NCBI GenBank assembly: GCA_052426225.1
Contig: JBNJNM010000013.1
Location: 248,001-312,000, forward strand
Source: Zancudomyces culisetae HAW-14-8
Lineage: Eukaryota > Fungi > Kickxellomycota
Direction: 5' to 3'
DNA: 64,000 nucleotides
The notes below the pieces were generated by a model. It was not told where the DNA came from. It did no database searches and saw only the letters and a list, made by a program, of their open reading frames with translations. Both the position numbers and the translations under genes were made by a program. Positions within the stretch are counted from its first letter, which is position 1. Every line of letters begins with the position of its first letter. Of the stretch, positions 22,801 to 34,200 are shown in pieces.

Positions 22801-25237
22801 TCTGCAGGTTATAGGGGATTCTATACGGTTTTATTTTTATTGGTTTTGATTCGGTAATGACTATTGAATGTTCGACTACATCAGTTTGAGTTAATTCCTC
22901 CAAACTAGTTGCAAATAAGTCTTTATACTCTTTCTTCAGTTCAGTTATTTCTTTGATTTCTTCGACTGATTTTAGTTGGTTTCCTCTTTCTTCTTTAATT
23001 AACAAAAATATTTCGGAACTGTTGTAGTTCTCATTTGCTGTACTTGCCTCTGTGTATATTGGTATTATTAATTCAGCTCCATTAACGGGTGACGTCATTG
23101 TTGCTGTTTTTAGATTGATAGTACATTGGTGATGTAACAACCAATCTGTCCCCAATATCAACATGTCTTCATTCTTATCTAATATAACCAGATTTGCGCT
23201 AAATATATATTCTGCGATAATAATAGGTACGTCAGTTACTTTTCCGGGAGATATGTGTTTTCTGCCATCCGCCGTCATAATAATCTGTTCGTACTTTGTA
23301 TCCGGTTGCAACCCAAGTCTCCTTAGCATGCCTGGATTAATCACCGAGCATGCAGCGCCAGTGTCGATAACTGCAGTAAGTTTGATTCCGAATATTTTAA
23401 CTTGTACCTTGCAGTTACTAGTACGTGATTTTCGGTAAGTTAACTCATTCAACTCCTTTATTTCAGTCTTTCTGCACAACTTACTCATTTCCGAAGTAAG
23501 AGCAGGTGAAACATCTAACAATTGAGCCAAATTTATTTTAGGATAAACGTGTTCTAGTTCTTCTTTCAAGGTAAACTTAGGTGTATTTTCTGCAGCTCTC
23601 ACAACATATGCCTTCTTCTGTGTAGGATCTTTTGAATGTCTCTCTGTGTTAACCGGCTCTACATCTACTACCATTTTAGAGCTTTCATCTTTCATTCTTT
23701 GTGCAACTATGGATTGTACGCTAGAATCTTTATGTTTAGTTGGCACCTTGACTTCCTGTTTGGTACTTCTGTTTGCATAAGGTGAGTAATTCTTATTATC
23801 TTTTCCTCGTCTTTCGACTGCAAATACCTCTTCTGATTTCGGATCATCCATTTCGACTATATCAATAAAATTTACGTTATTATTATGTGATGTTCCTGTA
23901 AATGTGTTAGTCTGATTAGGGACATTCCTGCATTGGTAGCTTTTATGACCCTCTTGATTGCATTTAAAACACTTAATGTGTGTACTTTGTGCCCCTCCAT
24001 TTCTGTAAGTCCTAGCTTCTCTGAACCTTTTATCAACGGCTTGATCTACCTTTGAGAGTAGGTTGACGCTAAGTTGTTCAAACTTCTTTAGTAAGTCATC
24101 GTATCCTGATTGCTCTCTCTGTTGCACCACCTTTTCCCTTGATCTAATACTTGTTTGTCTTCCAACTGCCCTTTTAGTTTCTGGTGATGGTGCAATGACT
24201 TTTTCAATTTTATCTGAGTTTGTAATGATTTGTATTGCCTTTTTCCAAGTGGTGCACTCGCTCTCCAAAATCTTCCGTTTATGTCCGCCCTCCAGTGCGT
24301 TTATTAAGCAATTCAATTTAACCAACTCTTCTCTTATTCCTGATAACTCCACTAACTGTTCAAAGTCAGATTCAAAGTCATCCAATTCATTATAGTCTGA
24401 TAGCTTAATTTCTTGCAACCTGTTCCACCACATAAGACTCATTTCCTTGTTTTTAAACTTTTCGCAAAAAGATTTCTCTAGTGCTGACCAATCCTTGAAT
24501 GTCGCAACATTCTTTTTAAACCATGCCAATTCCTTTTTTCCAAGATATAGCTGTATTAGCTCTATAGCTTCCTCATCAGACCACTTATTAACTTTTGATA
24601 TAAGTCGGTACCTATCGATCCATTCCTTGGGATCTTCTTTACTACGAGCTTCAAATATACTTGGTTTTTCCAACATCTTTATTCTTTGCAACACTAGAGT
24701 ATTTCTCACAGATGAATCTTAATGATAATGAGACACGTTACGCAATCCCGCTACGAGATATCACGATCGAAACTTCAAATCTGTGCACTTCCTCAGCTAC
24801 TTAAATACTTCAGCTACTTCCCGGCAGAGCCCCCACTGTTATATTTTTTATGTACTATCTGATCAGTACGTTTGAGTAGCCTGCTGTTTAATTCAGCTAC
24901 TTCTGGTTCCGGTTGTGTAGCTAGTATCTCAACCGTGTATGCTTGTTTATGTTTTAATTATTATATTTATACTTAGATACTTATACTATTAATCTTGATT
25001 TGTTTATTTACGATAGTGTTATTAGGTAATAAGAAAAACTAATAGTTATTGATTATGTAAAAAAAGTTAGATTCAAAAAACTAATTATATATGTTGTTTT
25101 TTCTCTGCACCTTTGTGCCATTTTTTGATATTAAATACTAAATAATTAAGAATAAAAATAAACTATTGATAGGTGTTCGATTGGATAAAAAAAACCTTTC
25201 GGAAAAAAATCCAACACGAACATTTCGCTATATGACA
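19823..25237 (-). mobile_element. Ty3/Gypsy element C, full length; 401-bp LTRs 19823-20223 and 24837-25237; TSD CTTT
   Basis: LTRs identical by eye; PBS TGGGGGCTCTGCCGGGA (24819-24835, tRNA-Pro-like); PPT AAACGGGGGAG next to the 3' LTR. Confidence 0.97.
20237..24709 (-). CDS. Gag-Pol polyprotein of element C (single ORF; likely ATG at 24676)
   Basis: CCHC knuckle CFKCNQEGHKSYQC, protease DTGA, RT FIDD, RNase H TDAS, integrase HHCC/DDE, WEGPY motif; no chromodomain. Confidence 0.95.
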   Translation of the reverse strand: MRNTLVLQRIKMLEKPSIFEARSKEDPKEWIDRYRLISKVNKWSDEEAIELIQLYLGKKELAWFKKNVATFKDWSALEKSFCEKFKNKEMSLMWWNRLQEIKLSDYNELDDFESDFEQLVELSGIREELVKLNCLINALEGGHKRKILESECTTWKKAIQIITNSDKIEKVIAPSPETKRAVGRQTSIRSREKVVQQREQSGYDDLLKKFEQLSVNLLSKVDQAVDKRFREARTYRNGGAQSTHIKCFKCNQEGHKSYQCRNVPNQTNTFTGTSHNNNVNFIDIVEMDDPKSEEVFAVERRGKDNKNYSPYANRSTKQEVKVPTKHKDSSVQSIVAQRMKDESSKMVVDVEPVNTERHSKDPTQKKAYVVRAAENTPKFTLKEELEHVYPKINLAQLLDVSPALTSEMSKLCRKTEIKELNELTYRKSRTSNCKVQVKIFGIKLTAVIDTGAACSVINPGMLRRLGLQPDTKYEQIIMTADGRKHISPGKVTDVPIIIAEYIFSANLVILDKNEDMLILGTDWLLHHQCTINLKTATMTSPVNGAELIIPIYTEASTANENYNSSEIFLLIKEERGNQLKSVEEIKEITELKKEYKDLFATSLEELTQTDVVEHSIVITESKPIKIKPYRIPYNLQTIVREELANMEKQGIISPSNSNWCAPVVVVFKKNGKIRVCIDYRQLNKVTKKDVYPLPLIEDLFITLAGSTIYSCLDAMSGFWQIKMAPDDKEKTAFSIPGSGCYEFNVMPFGLTNSPATFQRLMEKALAPVLWKKAVVFIDDIIIFSRSKEEHINNLKEIFDLLRLNKIQIHEDKCSFGKEEITNLGHKISKFGIGTCNEKILLIQKIKTPNNIKEIQSILGLTGYYRRFIKNYSKITQPLTKLLKKDKKWEWSVEQINALEKLKFEMTQAPILSYPNWEKTFIITTDASILGIGAVLSQEFEDGEKAIEYASRSISKAEKNYSISHLEGLAVIWAVKKFKHFVWGKQFIIRTDHKSLIQIFNSPDITGRIARWAMLLRNYDYIIQHLPGKLNPADCLSRLVEEQSEIKISKEPVLDVMAMDFLEHEAVRQYLTDMSYPRNADEHFRKKLRNKARHYIIQNGILIKKVNGKLKTVLNEQNVDEVVTRIHNETHEGVENTWIRVSSNYCGAGLYNDVKKIVTYCSVCQYYKGSKENRHRLVPIVATKPFDIVGIDAIGPIAPTTESGNRYILTAIDYFTKYPIAAPVANLLSETIINFIINNIVAAYGVPQQLISDRGTSFLSENSTNVFEWLGIKHTPTTAYRPQSNGQVERLNQTLTNILIKQCKNDKKNWDLYLWKTLLVLRSMRNKSTKYSPSELLYGAQIHTPTTWTYNGEVDNIEEEIQNRIKAINDNIPELRKLAIENIKNAKINDEVTYNKKVTEINFNIGELVLKKVEFDRPKLERIWEGPYKIERRLDKGAYIISDNEGNRDLVHGDRLKRYNLKEGMIPDVSTPLRSSLQRFKQVINDEGIWP

Positions 25238-25240
25238 CTT

Positions 25241-25837
25241 TCTTGTATGCAAAAGCATCAACTTAAATTTACCGCTTTCATTGCAGCAAAATAGCAGAGA
25301 AATCAATTTTGAAAAAATTGTTTCCTGCGCAACTCAATTTAGAGTACAAAAATTATGACCATGTCATAAATTTTTGTCAATTTTACAGCCAATTTAATAG
25401 TACAAATCGATTTATTTTTTAATCGAATCGATTTTATACTTTATTAGTGGATTTATTTTTAATCAATTTTATTAGTAAATTATTAGTATAAATTGAAAAA
25501 ATTTGTAAATCCGACCAAAACCACACTAAAAGTAAAAATAAACATATATAGAGAGGCGTAATACTATTTTTTTAGTGTAAGGAAAGGGCCATTTTGGCTA
25601 TATTTTCCAGGTTTTGGGAGGAATTCTTTTAAATAAAATTATTTTTACCAAAAATTGTGGAAATTGTCCAGTTGTGTTCTTTCCGAGGGGGTTTTATAGA
25701 TAGTGGTTAACTGGCTAGAAATGGTAAATCCTGTGTCAGTAATAACCACCCTTCTAGGGAACCGTGATTGATATTAGTGGAAGTTTTTTGGGAAAATCCT
25801 ATTGGACTAGTACTAAAAAATGAAAACGAATTCAACA
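25241..25837. mobile_element. Solo LTR D (~597 bp), TSD TCTT
   Basis: Fills the gap between C and E. Ends TCTTGTAT...ATTCAACA (imperfect inverted repeat, left end TC instead of TG); right flank TCTT fits the TSD chain. Confidence 0.7.
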
Positions 25838-25840
25838 TCT

Positions 25841-28800
25841 TGTTATATAAAAATTTAACTTTATATTATTATATATAGATTTCACACATATATAACTTTT
25901 ACCCTACTCTGTTACAAGTAATTTAGCTCAAGTTATTATAATTTATGTTAGAAAAATCATGTCCTCCCTTTAGATTCAATATTCAAAAACTATTTATATT
26001 ATTTTGAAATCGAAATAATAACCAAACTATAAATTTATCCAATCAGAGCAATGTCGTATTATCCACTATACGACAGTACCCCCCGTTAATCAGACGTGGG
26101 TGCCCTCATCCCGATTATACTGCTTATACCTCCTAAGTTTAGTCTTTAGCGTGGTTGTAACCTCCGGTATCATATCTTTGTGATGGAAATACCGTTTGAG
26201 CATGTCACCATTAACGACCTCTCTGTTGCCTTCATTGTCGTGAATGATATATGCACCCTTGGTTAATGCCCTTTCTATGATATAGGGACCTTCCCAAACC
26301 CGCTCTAACTTTGCTCGCTCCATCTCAACAAATTTCAATACCAGGTCACCTTCCTTAAAATGGTACCTCTTCACGTCCTTGTTATACCTCTTCTCATCAA
26401 CCCTTTTTGCTAAAACCATATTCTTTACCGCTAACTTCCGAAGTTCGGGTAAATGGTCATTAATCTGTTTAACCCTGCTCAATATATACTCTTCCTGGTT
26501 TTCTATTTCACCATTGTACGACCATGATGATGGTAAGGCCAACTCCACACCGTATAAAAGTTCTGCTGGACTGAAACCCAATGATTTATTTCTCAACGTA
26601 CGGATGACCAATAGTGTTTTCCAGAGATACGAGTCCCAATGAGTCTTGTCGTTCCTACACTGCTTCATGAGTATATTCACCAAGGTTTGGTTCAATCGCT
26701 CCACTTGACCATTGGTCTGTGGGCGATATGAAGTTGCAGGGGTATGTTTGATCCCCAACCATTCGTATATCCCTGTAGTACTTTCTGATAAGAAGCTGGA
26801 ACCTCTATCACTTATCAGTTGTTGCGGCACACCATAGTGACAGACTACTTCATTGATCAAAAAGTTTATCACCGTCTCACTTAACAGATTCGGTACTGCA
26901 CACGCTATAGGCCATTTTGTGCAATAATCTATTGCAGTCAAAATGTATCTGTTTCCACTAGCAGAGATTGGTGCGATAGGTCCTACTGCGTCTATCCCTA
27001 CGATGTCAAATGGTTTAGCTGCCACAATTGGGACTAATGGGTGTCGCTTTGACCTTCCACCTTTATACAGCTGACACACTGGGCACGCTTGTACCATCGC
27101 GACTACATCCTTGTATAGATTCCTACCTGTATATTTCTGCGAGACCCGATACCACGTATTCTCGATCCCTTCATGACCTTCGTTATGAATTGCGGTTATT
27201 TTCTCTAAGTATTCCCCTTCGTGTAACACTTCCTTCCAAGTATTTTGAACCCTTCGGTGCAACTTCCCTTCAATAACCCTGAATTGCCTTGCTTTGTTCC
27301 TTAGTCTTTCTCGAAACTTCTCATCCGCCTTCCTTGGATAAGCCTTCGTCGTCAGATACTGCCTTACTGCCTCATATTCCAAAATGTCCATTGCGCAAAC
27401 ATCAATCTCTTCCATAATACTAGTGTCTCCTTCCAGGCTCATCCTAGATAATCCATCGGCCGGATTTGTAGCGCCTGGCAGATGTTCAATAGTGAAGTCA
27501 TAGCTGCGTAACAGCATCGCCCAGCGAGCTACACGGCCTGTGATGTCGGGACTGTCAAACATTTGTAACAAGGATTTGTGATCAGTACGTATCCTAAATT
27601 TCCTACCGTACACGTAATACTTAAATTTATTGATTGACCACACTACCGCGAGCGCTTCTAAATGGCTTATTGAGTAATTTTTCTCTGCCTTATTGGTACT
27701 TCTGCTCGCATATTCTATTACCATCTCCCTGTCCTCTATAAACTGTGATAATACCGCTCCTATTCCCGTGATCGAGGCATCCGTCGTTATTACGAACTCC
27801 AATTCCCAGTTAGGATGTCCTAGCACTGGCGCCGTTGACATAAGCTCCTTAATCTTTTCCAATGCTTCTTGTTGCACACTATCCCAATTCCATTTCACTT
27901 CTTTCCTCAATAAAGATGTTAGGGGGCTAGTTATCTTTGCGTAATTGGGGATATACTTTCGGTAATATCCCGTCATACCCAACAGCGACTGTAGTTCCTT
28001 TACACTTTTTGGACTCTTAATCTCCTTGATGGCGGCAATTTTGTTGGGGCTCGTCCCAATGCCTTTTTCCGATATCACATGACCCAGATACTCCAGTTCC
28101 CTAAAACCTATTACGCACTTGTTTTTATGGAGTTGAATCTGTCCTTTTCTTAATAACTCCAATACTGACTGTAGATCCTTGACGTGGTCCTCCATGTTCC
28201 TTGAGTATACTATAATATCATCGATGAAAACCACGGCACACTTCCATAGCACTGGACTTAAGACTCTTTCCATCGTTCTCTGAAACGTCGCCGGGCTATT
28301 AGTGAGCCCGAACGGCATAACGTTATATTCAAATGATCCTCCTCCCGGGATCGCAAACGCTGTCTTTGGCCTATCCTCGTCGCGCATCTTTATCTGCCAG
28401 AACCCACTCAACGCATCGAGTGAGCTAAATACCACTGCACCCGATAGCGCCATGAATAGGTCCTCAATAACCGGCAGCGGATACGCGTCTTTACATGTTG
28501 CCGAATTTAGTTTACGGTAATCCGCGCAAACTCTTAATTTTCCGTCTTTCTTGAAAACTACCACCACTGGCGAACACCACTCTGAGGTGCTTGGTGATAT
28601 GATTCCCTTTTCCTGCATACCTTGCAATTCCTTTGTTACCTGTTCTTGTAATCGGAATGGTATCCGATATGGTCTTTGCTTGATCGGGGTAGCATCTTTT
28701 AATACTATCCGATGCTCCGCGACGTCCGTTTGCTTGAGTTCTGTTATTTCTTCCACAAACAGAGATTCATACCCCTTTAACATCTCCTGTAACTCCTGGC

Positions 28801-30850
28801 TATGCTGTTCTGGTACTCCTACTGGACCCTGTTTCAATACTAGGTACAACTCCGCTTCCTCTGCTTCACTAGGGCCTGTACTTGCAACATCCAGCTTTGT
28901 GCTTATCTCCGCCCCTTCCACCGGTATCCTCAACTCTGGTATTTTCATGTTTACGAGCACCTTAAAGCGTAGCAACCAGTCGGTTCCCAGTATTAGTGTG
29001 TAATCTTCTCTTGGTATCACTACCAGATTTACTGGTAACAAAGCACCCGCTATCTTCAAAGGCACTTCATCGACACGCCCTAGTGTTGTATGCCTTTTGC
29101 CATCTGCGGTAACTAACACTGTGTTACTACTAGATGACGGTTCTAACCCCCAATCCTCCAAATACCTCGTAGAGACAACGGAGCAGGCGGCTCCGGTGTC
29201 TACCACAGCCCATATTCTATGCCCAAATATGTTTACTACCGCCTTGCAATTCGAAACTTTCGTCTCACTTATCCTGATCTCATTTACTTCTGCGTGCTTA
29301 TCTCTTTGTAAATATGCTGTCAATTCCTTTGTAATTGTTGGAGATCCTTCTAAAAGCTGAAGTACGTCTATTTTTGGATATATCCTACGGAATTCATCAA
29401 TTATGGAGAACGGTTTGCTCGAATATTTCCCTACGGCTTCTTTCCTCTTCTCAATAGTCAAAGTCTCTGAGTTTGACGTGTTTACCCTAGCCTCCATAAT
29501 GCTTGGGTCCTCTGCCTCAATTACTGTTGTAGATTCATTATCCCTTACTGGTTCCAGTGTACCTTTGTTACCTCTAGCTCTAGTGACTCTTCTATCTACC
29601 TCTCCCCCCTGCATTGTCTGGTATTTCCTTTTCTCAACTGCAAATATGTCCTGTTCATTATCGTCCTCGTCCTTTATTGACATTTCCTCAACTTCAATAA
29701 AGTTGACTGGCTTAGCTGAATTTTCTCTGATTGACTCTTTGCCTCTGAATTGTGTCCTTTTTGGACACTCAAATTTTCTGTGCCCTACTTCCTGACAGTA
29801 GTAGCACTCCCATGCTGCGTCTGTTCTACGCTTGAATCTCTTGTTTTCTTCCTCTTTGAACCTCTTCTCTACCACTTCGTCGACCTTGCTAAGCAAGTTT
29901 ACACTTAGCTCCTCAAACCTTTTTAGGAAAGTACCATACTGCAATGGTCCCGTGTTTAATTCCTTTACTGGCTTACCCGATTTGGTAGCTGCATTCCTAA
30001 CGTACTCCTTGGGCTTGCTACTGCTTGTCTTATCTTCTGCTGGTTTTAGTGGGGCTTCATCCTCTTTGTCAGTGCATGCTATATAGGAGGTAACCTCATC
30101 CCACTTGGTGAATCCTTTTTCTTCTACCCGCTTCTTATAACTTGATTTGAGTGAACTTATCAGCCAGTTCACTTTTACTTCATCATCTGTGATATTTGCT
30201 TGAGTTAACAGACTATTGAGCTCCAGCTCCAACTCTTCTATACTTTCATAATCCTCCTGTTTTATTGACTTCAATTTATCCCATACTCTGAATTTTGAAT
30301 CCGTACTGCCAAACTTCTCTACGAACTTTGTTGTGAGTACTTCCCAGGTGGTAAATGAATCTTTATATTTCTTATACCACCACCTTTCTTTTTTTCCAAG
30401 ATAGAGTTTCAGTAACTCTACCCAATCTTTACTCTGCCAATTGTTTATCTTGGCGTACAGTCCAAAATCCTCGATCCACTCTTGTGGATCGCTACCGTTG
30501 CCCGATTCAAATACTCTAATATCCTTCATATTGTTGCTGAACAAATTTTACCACTAGTTGAATCCTACCTTAATTTTGGTCGTGAGACTGATTTTAGTCC
30601 CACCGTGATCGCCACTGTTATATAAAACTTTAACTTTATATTATTATATATAGATTTCACACATATATAACTTTTACCCTACTCTGTTACAAGTAATTTA
30701 GCTCAAGTTATTATAATTTATGTTAGAAAAATCATGTCCTCCCTTTAGATTCAATATTCAAAAACTATTTATATTATTTTGAAATCGAAATAATAACCAA
30801 ACTATAAATTTATCCAATCAGAGCAATGTCGTATTATCCACTATACGACA
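25841..30850 (-). mobile_element. Ty3/Gypsy element E, full length; 235-bp LTRs 25841-26075 and 30616-30850; TSD GTCT
   Basis: One LTR mismatch seen; PBS TGGCGATCACGGTGGGACT (30596-30614, tRNA-Arg-like); PPT AACGGGGGG. Confidence 0.97.
26090..30544 (-). CDS. Gag-Pol polyprotein of element E (intact single ORF)
   Basis: CYYCQEVGHRKFEC, DTGA, FIDD, TDAS, integrase with WEGPY. Confidence 0.95.
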   Translation of the reverse strand: MFSNNMKDIRVFESGNGSDPQEWIEDFGLYAKINNWQSKDWVELLKLYLGKKERWWYKKYKDSFTTWEVLTTKFVEKFGSTDSKFRVWDKLKSIKQEDYESIEELELELNSLLTQANITDDEVKVNWLISSLKSSYKKRVEEKGFTKWDEVTSYIACTDKEDEAPLKPAEDKTSSSKPKEYVRNAATKSGKPVKELNTGPLQYGTFLKRFEELSVNLLSKVDEVVEKRFKEEENKRFKRRTDAAWECYYCQEVGHRKFECPKRTQFRGKESIRENSAKPVNFIEVEEMSIKDEDDNEQDIFAVEKRKYQTMQGGEVDRRVTRARGNKGTLEPVRDNESTTVIEAEDPSIMEARVNTSNSETLTIEKRKEAVGKYSSKPFSIIDEFRRIYPKIDVLQLLEGSPTITKELTAYLQRDKHAEVNEIRISETKVSNCKAVVNIFGHRIWAVVDTGAACSVVSTRYLEDWGLEPSSSSNTVLVTADGKRHTTLGRVDEVPLKIAGALLPVNLVVIPREDYTLILGTDWLLRFKVLVNMKIPELRIPVEGAEISTKLDVASTGPSEAEEAELYLVLKQGPVGVPEQHSQELQEMLKGYESLFVEEITELKQTDVAEHRIVLKDATPIKQRPYRIPFRLQEQVTKELQGMQEKGIISPSTSEWCSPVVVVFKKDGKLRVCADYRKLNSATCKDAYPLPVIEDLFMALSGAVVFSSLDALSGFWQIKMRDEDRPKTAFAIPGGGSFEYNVMPFGLTNSPATFQRTMERVLSPVLWKCAVVFIDDIIVYSRNMEDHVKDLQSVLELLRKGQIQLHKNKCVIGFRELEYLGHVISEKGIGTSPNKIAAIKEIKSPKSVKELQSLLGMTGYYRKYIPNYAKITSPLTSLLRKEVKWNWDSVQQEALEKIKELMSTAPVLGHPNWELEFVITTDASITGIGAVLSQFIEDREMVIEYASRSTNKAEKNYSISHLEALAVVWSINKFKYYVYGRKFRIRTDHKSLLQMFDSPDITGRVARWAMLLRSYDFTIEHLPGATNPADGLSRMSLEGDTSIMEEIDVCAMDILEYEAVRQYLTTKAYPRKADEKFRERLRNKARQFRVIEGKLHRRVQNTWKEVLHEGEYLEKITAIHNEGHEGIENTWYRVSQKYTGRNLYKDVVAMVQACPVCQLYKGGRSKRHPLVPIVAAKPFDIVGIDAVGPIAPISASGNRYILTAIDYCTKWPIACAVPNLLSETVINFLINEVVCHYGVPQQLISDRGSSFLSESTTGIYEWLGIKHTPATSYRPQTNGQVERLNQTLVNILMKQCRNDKTHWDSYLWKTLLVIRTLRNKSLGFSPAELLYGVELALPSSWSYNGEIENQEEYILSRVKQINDHLPELRKLAVKNMVLAKRVDEKRYNKDVKRYHFKEGDLVLKFVEMERAKLERVWEGPYIIERALTKGAYIIHDNEGNREVVNGDMLKRYFHHKDMIPEVTTTLKTKLRRYKQYNRDEGTHV

Positions 30851-31262
30851 GTCTTTGTCAGATACTAACGTTTTTATGCTAGTATCTCTTAAATGAAAAT
30901 AATCTGAAGGACTTATAGGTCCCACCGTGATCGCCACTGTCAGATACTAACGTTTTTATGCTAGTATCTCTTATATTTAATACTACTATGCTAAATATAA
31001 AACTATTTTATTCTATTTTTAAATATTACTATGTTCTATTTCAGACCTAAGTTGTATATCTTTTTTCCTAAATTAACTATTTATTGTGTAACATTTATAA
31101 AAAACTAACTAAAAAACTCTTATATAAGATACTACTAAAAAATTATATTTAAAAACGAAATGTTATTAGAAAAAATCACTAGGATAAAAAAAACTAATGC
31201 ATTTCGGATTCGTAACCAGTTACGAATCAATTGTCAATTTGCTATATGACAGCTCCCCCCTT

Positions 31263-34200
31263 TTAAGCGCGGATGCCCTCATTCCGCCGGGACTGCTTAA
31301 ATCGCTTCAACTTAGTCTTCAGTGTCGTTGTTACATCCGGAATCATATAGTTGCTGGTGTGGTACTTCTTAAGCATATCTCCATGAGCTAATTCTCTGTT
31401 ACCTTCTTGATCACTTATAACATACGCACCCTTGCTTAAAGCTCTTTCAACCGTGTAGGGGCCTTCCCAATAATGTTCGAGTTTTGACCTCTCCATGTCT
31501 ACCAACTTAAGAACCTTCTCACCTACCTCAAACCTATGGTACGTGACACCCTTGTTATACCTTGTTGCCTGTGAACTTTTGGCTTCGATAGAACTCTTAT
31601 GAGCCAGATTTCTCAACACAGGTAAGTCGTCATTTATCTGTTTCACCCTGCTTAAAATCAATTCCTCTACGTTTTCAATTTCTCCATTGTACTTCCATGT
31701 AGTGGGTAGTGAAAGCTCAACGCCATACAGCATCTCCGCCGGACTGTATCCAATCGATTTATTTCTCAAAGTTCGTATTACCAGTAGAGTTTTCCATAGG
31801 TAGGCATCCCACTTCTGTTTATCATTCCGACATTGCTTAATCAATACATTCATGAGAGTTTGGTTCAGTCGTTCCGTCTGACCATTACTCTGAGGCCTGT
31901 ACGAGGTCGTGGGAGTGTGGTGTATACCCAACCACTCGTACACTTGAGTCGCACATTCAGATAGGAAGCTGGACCCACGGTCACTAATCAGTTGTTGAGG
32001 TACTCCAAATGGTGCTATGACCTCATTTATAAGGAAATTTATTACGGTGTTACTTTGTATATTGGGTACAGCTAATACAATAGGCCATTTCGTGAACAGG
32101 TCTATAGCCGTCAAGATGAACCTGTTTCCACTAGCGGAAATCGGTGCTATTGGCCCGTGTCAAGATCTGGAGTCAGGAGAGTTATATTTATTATTATTAA
32201 AGTTTATTGTATGAATGTATACAAGATACTAGATACTGAATCCAAGACAGGAAAATTGTACCCTTTTTATACTTTTTTCCAGCCTTGGTTTTTGAACATA
32301 ATCACTATGAAAACTGCGGAATAGCTAAAAATGCAAGTTTAAGAAAAACGTGTTTGATTACTAATCCAATTTGATTAGTAATCAAACAAAAATCAAACAT
32401 GAATGCTAATAAAATTAAACATGTGAAAATTATTACGTAAGAAAAATTAATAAATAATGTGAATTTTCGGTAATGTTCTAGAATGTTCCCCAACATTCTA
32501 AACATTACTGCGGAATAAAATCAGATGATTCTAGAACGTTTTCAAACATTCTAGAATCAGTTCATGACAGCCCGATTGCGTCAATTCCGACTATCTGGAA
32601 AGGTTTCGTCGTAACTATTGGAACCAGTGGATGCCTTTTACTTTTACTACCCTTGTATAATTGGCATACCGGGCAACACTTTACGATTTCCTTGACCTCT
32701 CTATATATATTCCTACTGGTATACCTCTGTGATACACGCAACCAGGTGTTTTCTATGCCTTCGTGCCCTTCGTTGTGTATTGACTCAACTACTTGGCGGA
32801 TATTTCCTCGATGCAAAACCTCTTTCAAACATCCTTTTACTTCTTTCATTAGTTTACCCTTATCGATTTTATATAGTTTAGATCTTCTCTTTAGCCTTTC
32901 TTTGTACTCCACATCTATATTGTCTGGTAACTTCTTTTCCGTAAGGTACTGTTTTATATCTTCGTATTCTAAAATTTCCATGGCAAACACGTCGAGCTCT
33001 ACATCATCCTGTTCATTCTCATTCTCAGTAACTAGTCGAGACAGAGCATCGACTGGGTTGATAATTCCGGGTAAATGCTCTATGGTATAATCAAAACTAC
33101 GTAGGACCATAGCCCAGCGTGCAACACGACCTGTTATATCTGGGCTATTGAACAATTGGATTAACGACTTGTGGTCGGTTCTGATTCTGAACTTTCTATC
33201 CCATACGTAGAATTTGAACTTTTTAACTGACCAAACCACGGCCAAGTCTTCCAAATGGCTTATGGAGTAGTTTTTTTCTGCTGGAGTGGTGGTTCGGCTT
33301 GCATACTCTATTATTTTCTCACCTTCGCTGGTAATCTGAGATAACACACCTCCTATTCCTATTGCTGATGCGTCCGTGGTGATCACAAACTCGACGGTCC
33401 AGTCTGGATGACCTAATACCGGTGCAGAAGACATCAATACCTTCAATTGTCTAAGCGCATCTTCCTGCTCGTCACCCCATTCCCATTTTACAGACTTCTT
33501 CAGTAGTTGCGTTAAGGGACTGGTGACCCGAGAATAGTTAGGAATATATTTCCTGTAATATCCAGTCATCCCTAATGCCGATTGCAATTCCTTAACGCAC
33601 GTCGGAGCCTTTATATTGTTTATAGCTTCCACTTTCTTTGGGCTGGTTCCTATCCCCTTGGCGGATATTGTGTGCCCTAGATATTCGAGTTCTGTAAATC
33701 CTATAACGCATTTATCCCGGTGGAGCTGTATTTGATTCTTTTCTAATAATGCTAAAACCTTATCCAAATCTTCCGCATGCTTATTGATTTCTTTCGAGAA
33801 GACGATAAAATCGTCCACAAAAACTACGGCACACTTCCATAACAGAGGTTGTAGTACTTTTTCCATTGCGCGTTGGAACGTCGCCGGACTATTCGTTAGT
33901 CCAAACGGCATGACGTTATATTCAAAAGCGCCACTCCCTGGGATGGCAAAGGCTGTTTTTGCTTTGTCGGCGCTATGCATACGGATCTGCCAAAATCCGC
34001 TCATGGCGTCAAGGCAGCTAAACACAACCGCGCCAGACAAGACCATGAACAGATCTGCGATAACAGGGAGCGGATAACTATCCTTTCTTGTCACCTCATT
34101 GAGCCTCCGGTAGTCGGCGCAGACGCGTATCTTTCCGTTTTTCTTATGGACTATCACCACTGGAGCGCACCATTCAGAAGTTGTCGGTGAAATAATTCCC

